Below, piece by piece: positions 9,477 through 16,776 of a DNA stretch of 64,000 nucleotides (its first letter is position 1; each line of letters begins with the position of its first letter). Where the stretch lies: the NCBI GenBank assembly GCA_041862635.1, contig JBGVTO010000195.1:1523-65522 (forward strand). Direction: 5' to 3'. The DNA is from Phycisphaerae bacterium (GTDB lineage Bacteria; Planctomycetota; Phycisphaerae; Sedimentisphaerales; Anaerobacaceae). The translations under genes and the position numbers were made by a program. The notes under the pieces are model-generated. The model saw only the letters and a list, made by a program, of their open reading frames with translations, had not been told where the DNA came from and searched no databases.

Positions 9477-10682
9477 ATGGCTAAATCCTCCCCAAAAAAC
9501 AAGATTGCCAGGAAAGGTGCTTCCCTATCCACAAGGGCAATACATGCCGGTGAACCGAGAAGAAAATACGCTGATTCGTTAATGACTCCTATTATTCAGA
9601 CTTCAACATTTACGTTTAAAAACAGCAAGCACATTGAAGATTACACCAAGAAGGGAAAAGAGCACTTCGAGTACGGCAGATATGGCAATCCTACTGCACA
9701 AATCGCCGAAAAGCGTCTTGCCGACCTCGAAGGTGCTGAAGACTGTGTTGTTTTTACATCCGGGATGAGTGCAATAACTACGACGATTCTCACTTTAGTT
9801 CAGTCGGGCGACCATATTGTCATCACAGATGACAGCTACAAAAAGACCCTCGAGTTTTGCCGATCTTACCTGAAACAATTCGGAGTTGAGTGCACCATTG
9901 TCCCATTCGGAGATTATGAGCTTCTCGAGAAATCCATCAAAAAGAACACCCGTTTTATATTTTCCGAATCACCTACAAATCCCTACCTGAATATTTTTGA
10001 CCTTGTCAAAATCAAAAAGATTGCAGACGAATATAATGTCCTGACTCTGATAGATAGTACATTTGCCACTCCATTGAACCAAAGACCCATCGAATTCGGG
10101 ATGGACCTTGTCCTACAGAGTGCGACAAAGTATCTCGGAGGTCACAATGACATTTTAGCCGGCGCTGTGCTTGGAAAAAAAGATCTGGTTGATAAGATAC
10201 GCAACCTGCATAAATCAATGGGCGGCCTCATTGACCCGCATTGCTGTTATCTCCTCCTGCGAGGGCTTAAGACGTTTCCATTACGAGTAAAAAAGCAAAA
10301 TGAAATCGCATTAAAGGTTGCAGAATTTCTTGAAAATCATCCACGTGTCAAAAAAGTCTATTATCCTTTCCTTAAAAGCCACCGTCATTATAAAGTAGCA
10401 AAAGAGCAAATGGCCGGTGGCGGGGGGGTCGTTACATTTGATATAAAGGGTAACCTCAACACTGCAAAACGGTTTTTGGATGCCCTGAAGCTGTGCTACA
10501 TTGGGCCGAGCCTGGGCGGAGTTGAAACACTGATAACACATCCTGCCTTAGTAAGTTATTACGACTACACAAGAAAAGAACGCTACGAGCTGGGAATCAC
10601 CGATACCCTTTTCAGGCTTGCTGTTGGAATTGAGGATGTTGAAGACATAATTGAAGACCTTGAGCGCGGACTGAAACAGTAG
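9477..10682 (+). CDS. Cys/Met-metabolism PLP-dependent enzyme (cystathionine gamma-synthase/beta-lyase family)
   Basis: SATKYLGGHNDILAG PLP-lysine motif and family-typical length. ATG at 9477 has an AAGGAA RBS and is preferred over TTG at 9456. Confidence 0.85.
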   Translation: MAKSSPKNKIARKGASLSTRAIHAGEPRRKYADSLMTPIIQTSTFTFKNSKHIEDYTKKGKEHFEYGRYGNPTAQIAEKRLADLEGAEDCVVFTSGMSAITTTILTLVQSGDHIVITDDSYKKTLEFCRSYLKQFGVECTIVPFGDYELLEKSIKKNTRFIFSESPTNPYLNIFDLVKIKKIADEYNVLTLIDSTFATPLNQRPIEFGMDLVLQSATKYLGGHNDILAGAVLGKKDLVDKIRNLHKSMGGLIDPHCCYLLLRGLKTFPLRVKKQNEIALKVAEFLENHPRVKKVYYPFLKSHRHYKVAKEQMAGGGGVVTFDIKGNLNTAKRFLDALKLCYIGPSLGGVETLITHPALVSYYDYTRKERYELGITDTLFRLAVGIEDVEDIIEDLERGLKQ

Positions 10683-10720
10683 AAAAAAAAGACCGCTCAT
10701 TTGAACATAGGGGGTAAATA

Positions 10721-11749
10721 ATGGCTGATTTTGCCAAGTCGATAATCTTAGATTTTTGGGGCACCGCAGCCGAGATGTCACCCTATTTGCTATTCGGCTT
10801 TTTCGTGGCGGGAATCCTTTCGGTGCTCGTATCCCAACCCCTCGTTGAAAAGCATCTTGGCGGCAGGGGGGTATGGCCACTGGTTAAAGCGTCAATCTTT
10901 GGCGTTCCGCTGCCTTTGTGCTCGTGTGGTGTTATTCCGGTATCAATATCCCTGCATAAGCACGGAGCGAGCAAAGGAGCCACAATATCATTTTTGCTGT
11001 CCACGCCCCAAACCGGCGTTGACAGTATCTTCGTAACCCTAAGTCTTCTCGGTCCTGTCTTTGCCGTTTTCAGGCCTGTGGCGGCATTCGTTACCGGCAT
11101 TATAGGCGGTACCTTGGTCGATGTGTTTAATCGGGACAAAAATAATCCAGAACAACCGCAACCAGAGTGTAAAGATGAGTGTTGCGCCGAAAGTAACAAG
11201 AAAAACAAGATTATCAAAGGATTAAAGTACGGCTTTGTCACGCTGCCACGAGATATTGGCAAGGCAATGTTGGTCGGCCTGCTTGTTGCCGCCTTTATTT
11301 CCGCTCTGGTGCCGGATGGCTACTTTGCGGAAAAGCTGGGCACCGGGATTTTCGCAATGGTGGTAATGATGTTTCTGGGCATACCGGTCTATGTGTGCGC
11401 AACGGCCTCGGTGCCGGTAGCAGCAGCGCTGATTTTGAAAGGCCTTACGCCCGGCGCAGCGTTGGTTTTTCTGATGACCGGCCCGGCCACTAACGCCGCC
11501 TCGTTCATAACCATCTGGAAGGCTTTAGGCAGGGCAACAGCAATTACATATCTTGCTACCGTGGCAGGCTGCGCATTGTTGGGCGGTATCTTGCTTGACT
11601 CTCTTGCCGCCGGCATCGATATCGAAATTATGACGCATCATGGCTGGATGCTCCCCGATGTTGTTAAATACATATCGGCTGTGGTTTTGCTGGTAATATT
11701 AAGTTTTGCTATTCTGAGCAAACGTAAAGGTATGCCCGACGAACAGTAG
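10721..11749 (+). CDS. permease of the DUF318/ArsP-like family with Cys-rich loop
   Basis: Polytopic membrane protein with PLCSCGVIP motif and a CKDECC loop. Family assignment is from memory. Confidence 0.6.
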   Translation: MADFAKSIILDFWGTAAEMSPYLLFGFFVAGILSVLVSQPLVEKHLGGRGVWPLVKASIFGVPLPLCSCGVIPVSISLHKHGASKGATISFLLSTPQTGVDSIFVTLSLLGPVFAVFRPVAAFVTGIIGGTLVDVFNRDKNNPEQPQPECKDECCAESNKKNKIIKGLKYGFVTLPRDIGKAMLVGLLVAAFISALVPDGYFAEKLGTGIFAMVVMMFLGIPVYVCATASVPVAAALILKGLTPGAALVFLMTGPATNAASFITIWKALGRATAITYLATVAGCALLGGILLDSLAAGIDIEIMTHHGWMLPDVVKYISAVVLLVILSFAILSKRKGMPDEQ

Positions 11750-11764
11750 GGGAGATTATTGTAA

Positions 11765-11838
11765 TCGGGGCGACTGGACTTGAACCAGCGACCTCATGAC
11801 CCCCAGTCATGCGCGCTACCAAACTGCGCCACGCCCCG
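11765..11838 (-). tRNA. tRNA-Pro (anticodon GGG), no encoded CCA
   Basis: Reverse complement folds as a cloverleaf. Acceptor CGGGGCG/CGCCCCG, D stem GCGC/GCGC, anticodon stem CATGA/TCATG with loop CUGGGGG, T arm GCTGG-TTCAAGT-CCAGT. Confidence 0.9.
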
Positions 11839-11975
11839 AATTAGTTTCAATATTATAATATAAAACGTATCGTAAAACAAATAATTTTACGCAATTTATC
11901 CCACCTATGAAGGCAAGGTCGAAAATCCATATTCAGCCCGGCAATATATTGTGGGGTCATTCCACCTGTTTTTTC

Positions 11976-12003
11976 TTGACTTATAGCTTGAAAAAGATAC
12001 AAT
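11976..12003 (+). promoter_or_regulatory. promoter TTGACT-16-TACAAT upstream of the beta-helix/dockerin gene
   Basis: Hexamers at 11976-11981 and 11998-12003. Confidence 0.45.
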
Positions 12004-12048
12004 GATATTAACTGTGAGAAGTTTCAAAACACTAATGGAGGAGCCGGA

Positions 12049-13701
12049 ATGAAACGGCAGAAAATTCTTACATTGGCAATGATGCTTTTAGCAACCAGCA
12101 TTTCAAAAACGGTTGCTTTGGGAAAAACCATCTACATCGATGACGACGCCAACGGCCCTAACACCACAAACGCAGAGGCCCTCGATACAGAAACCAATGT
12201 TTTAGATTCAGGGTCCAAAGATTTCGCGTATGCTCAACCTGCGAATCAAGTCGCCGGTGAGATGACCCAGGATACCACATGGTCCGGGACCTGTATCCTT
12301 GAAGATACCGTTATTGTACCGAGCGGTAGAGTCTTGAATATTGAGCCTGGAACGGTGGTTTTGATAAAGGACACAGTAACGCTCATCGTCTATGGACAGC
12401 TCCTCGCTATTGGGAACGAAACCGAGCCAATTCGCTTTACACGCTACCGTAATGGCAAGTGGAAACAGATTATGTTTGTAGAGGCAGCAGATAGCCGTCT
12501 TGAGCACTGTATTATCGAGTATGCCGATAGCGAAGGTCAGCACCAGGACTATTACGAGCCGGGGCCGAGGACATATCACGAGGCAGTCGTTGTCCTGGCA
12601 AGTCAAGTCGATATAGAAAAGTGTATTTTTCAGAATCTTCCCAACGAAGCCGCAAATGCCCAGGGAGATGCCATAGCCGTTATATCGGATGACCAGGACC
12701 ACCCCGGAAAAGCAACAGCGCATATTAGAGGTAGTCGGTTTCTTTCAATCGGGCAGGCCGTTCATACCAGATATTCCTATGTGTTAGTTGAGGACTGTTT
12801 TTTTACAGGAAAGCGAGGCGATAACGACGACGTCGATTTGTATGGAGAGAGCACTCCACCTCCTCTTATACGAAACAACCTGTTCTTGAACCCCGAACAT
12901 GATGATATGATAAATCCCACCAAATGCTCGGCGGTCATTATTGGAAACGTTATCGCAGGGAGCGACGACCACGGCGTCGTTCTACGGGACAGGAGCTTTC
13001 CCATCATGATAAACAACTTAATCTATAATTGCAGCAGCGCCGCCATCGCGGTGGAAAATTCGTGCCAGGCGCTCCTGGTGAACAACACGATTGTCAATTG
13101 CAGCAGGGGCATTAGGCTTTTTGACCTGGGCAGGTGGGGCCCTCCATATCGACTGACTCCGGGTGGAGGGACGGCAACGTTGATTAACTGTATTATTTGG
13201 GATTGCCAGCAGCCTGTCACCTTGGCAGACAGTTCAAATAAACAAATCGAAGACCGAGGCTCCCACATAAACATTAAATATTGCAACATTGAAGGCGGCC
13301 GGAACAGCGTATCAGTGTCCGGGATTCATTCGACTCTTACGTGGGGCCAGGGAAATATCAATACCGACCCTAAATTCGTTAATCCGGGCATCGGTGATTA
13401 TCACCTGAAATCCCAGGCCGGCCGATGGGATACGCCTATGCAGAGCTGGGTCAAAGACCAAGTCACAAGCCCGTGTATTGACACAGGAGACATGAGCACT
13501 GCCATCGGGTTTGAGCCTTTCCCCAATGGCGGCATAATCAACATGGGAGCGTATGGTGGCACAGCCGAGGCCAGCAAGTCATACTTTGACAAGCCGCCTT
13601 GTGAAACAATCATCGCAGGCGACATAAACGGCGACTGCAAAGTTGACTATCTGGACTTTGCTATTATGGCCTTTCATTGGCTTGATGATAAAAGCGAGTA
13701 A
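12049..13701 (+). CDS. secreted right-handed beta-helix repeat protein with C-terminal dockerin-like EF-hand segment
   Basis: Signal peptide and GGAGGAG RBS. Repeated I/V-x-N-C/N turns typical of parallel beta-helix. C-terminal GDINGDCKVDYLDFAIMAFHWL. Confidence 0.7.
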   Translation: MKRQKILTLAMMLLATSISKTVALGKTIYIDDDANGPNTTNAEALDTETNVLDSGSKDFAYAQPANQVAGEMTQDTTWSGTCILEDTVIVPSGRVLNIEPGTVVLIKDTVTLIVYGQLLAIGNETEPIRFTRYRNGKWKQIMFVEAADSRLEHCIIEYADSEGQHQDYYEPGPRTYHEAVVVLASQVDIEKCIFQNLPNEAANAQGDAIAVISDDQDHPGKATAHIRGSRFLSIGQAVHTRYSYVLVEDCFFTGKRGDNDDVDLYGESTPPPLIRNNLFLNPEHDDMINPTKCSAVIIGNVIAGSDDHGVVLRDRSFPIMINNLIYNCSSAAIAVENSCQALLVNNTIVNCSRGIRLFDLGRWGPPYRLTPGGGTATLINCIIWDCQQPVTLADSSNKQIEDRGSHINIKYCNIEGGRNSVSVSGIHSTLTWGQGNINTDPKFVNPGIGDYHLKSQAGRWDTPMQSWVKDQVTSPCIDTGDMSTAIGFEPFPNGGIINMGAYGGTAEASKSYFDKPPCETIIAGDINGDCKVDYLDFAIMAFHWLDDKSE

Positions 13702-13857
13702 GGGCAGCAGTGCTCCATTGGCCCTCCTGAGATGCACGGACTGTGAAGTTGAAATTCGTGAATGCAGAGCGAAACAGAAAAGATTTCTTTTGACTTTAAG
13801 ATACTAAAAGAATAGGATGGTCTTAGGTTCTGCTAATACAGGAATAACAGTGTCATC

Positions 13858-14676
13858 ATGAACAGACAAAGAGGATTTACCCTGATAGAGCTTTTGGTAG
13901 TCATTGCCATTATTGCACTATTGATGGCGATATTGATGCCGGCTTTACAGCGGGTAAGGGGACAGGCCAGATGCGTTGCGTGCCTAAACAGGCTCAAACA
14001 ATGGGGCCTGTTCTTTGCGATGTACGCCGAAGACTACGATGGCCGATTCATGGAGGGCCATACGGCCCAGCCTCAGCCCAATCGGTGGGTCAGCGCACTT
14101 GGGGACTACTATAAATGGGATGACGAATTTACCTGTTGTCCGAATGCGACTAAGCCGTGGGTTGATAAGAATGGTATCACCGAGGGAGCCGAGGGAACGG
14201 CCGTCGGTGTGACCATGGCCTGGGGCTACATGAACCAGAGTCACTGGGCCAAGCCGATGAAGGGAAGTTACGGGATCAACGGCTATTGTGTTAATATCCA
14301 GCCGGGCAGGGAACCTCGCGGGGAAGCATCTTGGTACTGGCGCGGGCCGGCTGTGGCGGGGGCCGCGTACGTGCCATTGTTCCTCGGGGCACAGCGCTAT
14401 AATGGTGTGGTGGACTCAGTAGATGACCCTCCAGCATATGACGGCCAGGGGTGGGCTGAAGGTGGTGAGGGGCGTATGTTACGTTACTGTTTAAACCGGC
14501 ACGGTGGCTTTGTGGACGGGATTTTTCTGGATTTTTCTGGCAGGAAAATAGGGCTTAAGGAGTTGTGGACGTTTAAGTGGCATCGACGGTACGACACCAC
14601 CGGCCCCTGGACAACAGCAGGCGGGTGTCAGCCCAGTGACTGGCCCCAATGGATGAAAAGTTTTAAGGACTACTGA
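13858..14676 (+). CDS. prepilin-type N-terminal cleavage/methylation domain protein (pseudopilin-like, H-X9-D type)
   Basis: MNRQRG|[25 protein letters not shown]-terminus and C-terminal [12 protein letters not shown] motif. Paralog of 15554..16417. Confidence 0.85.
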   Translation: MNRQRGFTLIELLVVIAIIALLMAILMPALQRVRGQARCVACLNRLKQWGLFFAMYAEDYDGRFMEGHTAQPQPNRWVSALGDYYKWDDEFTCCPNATKPWVDKNGITEGAEGTAVGVTMAWGYMNQSHWAKPMKGSYGINGYCVNIQPGREPRGEASWYWRGPAVAGAAYVPLFLGAQRYNGVVDSVDDPPAYDGQGWAEGGEGRMLRYCLNRHGGFVDGIFLDFSGRKIGLKELWTFKWHRRYDTTGPWTTAGGCQPSDWPQWMKSFKDY

Positions 14677-14713
14677 AAAGAGCTCCTGCACCCAGAATCG
14701 CCGACTTTATCAT

Positions 14714-14815
14714 GACCCTACCTCAGATACCCCTTCGGCTTGAGTTTGGCCATTGTAGAACTCTAAAATCCCTCTAAAATCAGTCCTAAAGAAAATACCG
14801 AGGCTGCCTGAGGCT
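14714..14815 (+). repeat. intergenic element (parts A+B) downstream of pseudopilin gene 1
   Basis: GACCCTACCTCAGATACCCCTTCGGCTTGAGTTTGGCCATTGTAGAACTCTAAAATCCCTC aligns with 23386 onward. Confidence 0.7.
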
Positions 14816-14981
14816 GGCCGTTTTGGCGCAAGAATTCTCCGTATATTAGGTCATTCTCATTTGGTTTTTCCGGTTCTTATGTTATAGTTTATTAAAGGGC
14901 TTGTTTTCACGAACAAGCCGTTCCGATAATTCGTTTGAAGCTGACTAAAGGGTTGTCATCCCATAAATGGAGGTAGCTAAA

Positions 14982-15326
14982 ATGGGGATTGAAAAGCTCT
15001 CAGAAAATGTTCTTCTCGTTAGTTTACCTAAAGAGCCACATTTAATAAGTGATGAGCTTGTAATTGTTAATAAAATCGTAGGCGATGGACATGCCTGTGA
15101 CGTAATTATTGATTTTTCCAGCGTCGCACTACTGACATCTGAGAGCATAAGCAGCCTCATTATATTGGAGGGATTTCTGAAAAACGTCGGACACAAAGTC
15201 ATTTTGTACGCTGTTTCCTCAATGATCCGACAAATCCTTGAACGAACCGGCATTCGACCATTATTTGAATTTGCCGATGACCGGTTTGCCGCCTTGCAAT
15301 CTGTACAACCTTCCTCTTTATTTTGA
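14982..15326 (+). CDS. STAS-domain protein (anti-sigma-factor antagonist-like)
   Basis: About 114 aa with a STAS-like pattern (VIIDFSSV..L.SESISSLI...). GGAGG lies 7 nt upstream of ATG 14982. Confidence 0.65.
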   Translation: MGIEKLSENVLLVSLPKEPHLISDELVIVNKIVGDGHACDVIIDFSSVALLTSESISSLIILEGFLKNVGHKVILYAVSSMIRQILERTGIRPLFEFADDRFAALQSVQPSSLF

Positions 15327-15371
15327 TTATTTAGCCGGCCCACAAAATCTCACATAAGGCACCCATCGCCC

Positions 15372-15423
15372 TTCAATTTAAAACGCCTCACAAGCCATTT
15401 AAACAACGAGCTCGTCTTGAGGG
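15372..15423 (+). repeat. conserved upstream motif, copy 1
   Basis: TTCAATTTAAAACGCCTCACAAGCCATTTAAACAACGAGCTCGTCTTGAGGG. Confidence 0.7.
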
Positions 15424-15461
15424 ACGTCTGACATCCCGCAGCTTAACAATCAGCCGATAGT

Positions 15462-15491
15462 TTGCATTACTGCGACTGAGTGTGTTATAAT
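15462..15491 (+). promoter_or_regulatory. promoter TTGCAT-18-TATAAT upstream of the second pseudopilin gene
   Basis: Hexamers at 15462-15467 and 15486-15491. Lies 38 nt downstream of the conserved upstream motif. Confidence 0.45.
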
Positions 15492-15553
15492 TATGGCAGA
15501 AAAGCATACCTGCAAAACTCATTATCTCTCTTTGAAAGAGAAGGGTAAAAGTA

Positions 15554-16417
15554 ATGCGTAAGCGAAACGGCTTTACCCCGTTAGAAATAAGAACTCCCAA
15601 TCAGGAGAGCAGAAGATTTCTAACGGGGTTTACACTAATAGAGCTATTGGTAGTGATTGCAATTATAGCATTACTGATGGCGATATTAATGCCGGCCCTT
15701 CGTCGGGCCAAGGAGCAGGTTAAGGAGGTAGTCTGCAAGAGCCATCTGCACCAATGGTCGGTCTGCTTTATGATGTACACGTCCGACTATGACGGCAGGT
15801 TCATGCCGGGCATCGACGAAGATTGGGCAACGGGACGATTCTCGTGGATATATACGCTGATTCCCTATTATACCGACCCGGTTATTCGCCTTTGTCCAAA
15901 GGCCAAACACACTGTTGAGGAGGGGGGCACAATGCCCTGGGTGGCTTGGGACGTTAGCAAAACCAATCCCAATGATTTTTCGTATCTCAGAGAACCAATG
16001 TACAAGATCGGCAGTTACGGGCTTAACTGGTGGGTCAATGACAGCGACCTGGTGGTGGGTGCGCATGATGCGAAAAACAAATGGCGACGGACCGGCCAAA
16101 AGAATGCGAGTATGATTCCTGTGTTAATGGACTGCGGGTTTATGCTGGTCCGTTCCGAGCCGTCAGACCCGCCCCCGGAACAGGATGGAGAGTTCCTCTG
16201 GGCATTCGGGGGCGGCATGAGACGTGTCTGCACGAATCGGCACAACGGTGAGGTAAACATATTCTTTATGGACTTCTCTACGCACAAGGTGGGTCTCAAG
16301 GAACTGTGGACACTAAATTGGCACCGCAGTTTTGATACTCGTAATCCCTGGACCAAAGCCGGCCTCGTACAGCCTTCTGATTGGCCCCAATGGATGAGAA
16401 AGTTTAGGGACTACTGA
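15554..16417 (+). CDS. prepilin-type N-terminal cleavage/methylation domain protein with extended leader
   Basis: Leader ends in ...RRFLTG|[36 protein letters not shown] motif. C-terminus [15 protein letters not shown] nearly matches that of the 13858 paralog. Confidence 0.85.
   Translation: MRKRNGFTPLEIRTPNQESRRFLTGFTLIELLVVIAIIALLMAILMPALRRAKEQVKEVVCKSHLHQWSVCFMMYTSDYDGRFMPGIDEDWATGRFSWIYTLIPYYTDPVIRLCPKAKHTVEEGGTMPWVAWDVSKTNPNDFSYLREPMYKIGSYGLNWWVNDSDLVVGAHDAKNKWRRTGQKNASMIPVLMDCGFMLVRSEPSDPPPEQDGEFLWAFGGGMRRVCTNRHNGEVNIFFMDFSTHKVGLKELWTLNWHRSFDTRNPWTKAGLVQPSDWPQWMRKFRDY
15576..15628 (+). repeat. CCCCGTTAGA-type palindromic element, copy inside a CDS (leader-peptide region)
   Basis: Perfect 14-bp inverted repeat ACCCCGTTAGAAAT / ATTTCTAACGGGGT (15575-88 / 15616-29), flanked by direct TTTA (15572-75, 15629-32). 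Confidence 0.8.
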
Positions 16418-16456
16418 AAAATATTTAGGTTACTTCTCCAATCCTTCTCTTATTTC

Positions 16457-16776
16457 TTAAAACCCCTCTCACAGACTGTCTAAATAAAACCCTGAGATGG
16501 TTTAAACTTTTAGCAGCATATATGGAGTTTGTCTGCTGTCGTCCTTAAACAACCGGGGCCTATACCTAATCGTTCGGTACAGGCCCCGAATTGCCTGCAC
16601 TTGTGTAACCACACCTGTGCCTGCGTTATCCCCTTTGCTGTCTGCGACAGCAGACAAGGGGGTGCAGGCAGGTACAAGTGACACAAATCTGCAATATCTA
16701 CCCCGTTAGATACGAAAAATTCGACATTATCTAACGGGATCAACCATACAATTTTAATTTCCAGCCAAATCTCGGT
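16457..16776 (+). repeat. intergenic element (parts B+C) between pseudopilin gene 2 and the LamG gene
   Basis: Aligns along about 300 nt with 23430..23669 (for example GGTTTAAACTTTTAGCAGCATATATGGAGTTTGTCTGCTGTCGTCCTTAAACAACCGGGGCCTATACC). Confidence 0.8.
16702..16738. repeat. CCCCGTTAGA-type palindromic hairpin
   Basis: CCCGTTAGATA / TATCTAACGGG 11-bp arms, 39 nt downstream of the LamG gene stop. Confidence 0.8.

Noticed and set aside
10688-10704. A shared 14-mer, AAGACCGCTCATTT, just after two stop codons (10688 and 57995), and the recurring -10-like word TATATTAG.
   Set aside because: Exact 14-mers are expected roughly ten or more times by chance in a 64-kb window when both strands are compared, and 8-12-mers far more often. 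There is no extended similarity around them.
16702-16738. CCCCGTTAGA hairpins read as ordinary rho-independent terminators.
   Set aside because: None of the copies is followed by a T/U tract on either strand. One copy lies inside a CDS and one in a divergent promoter region. They are listed as repeats instead.
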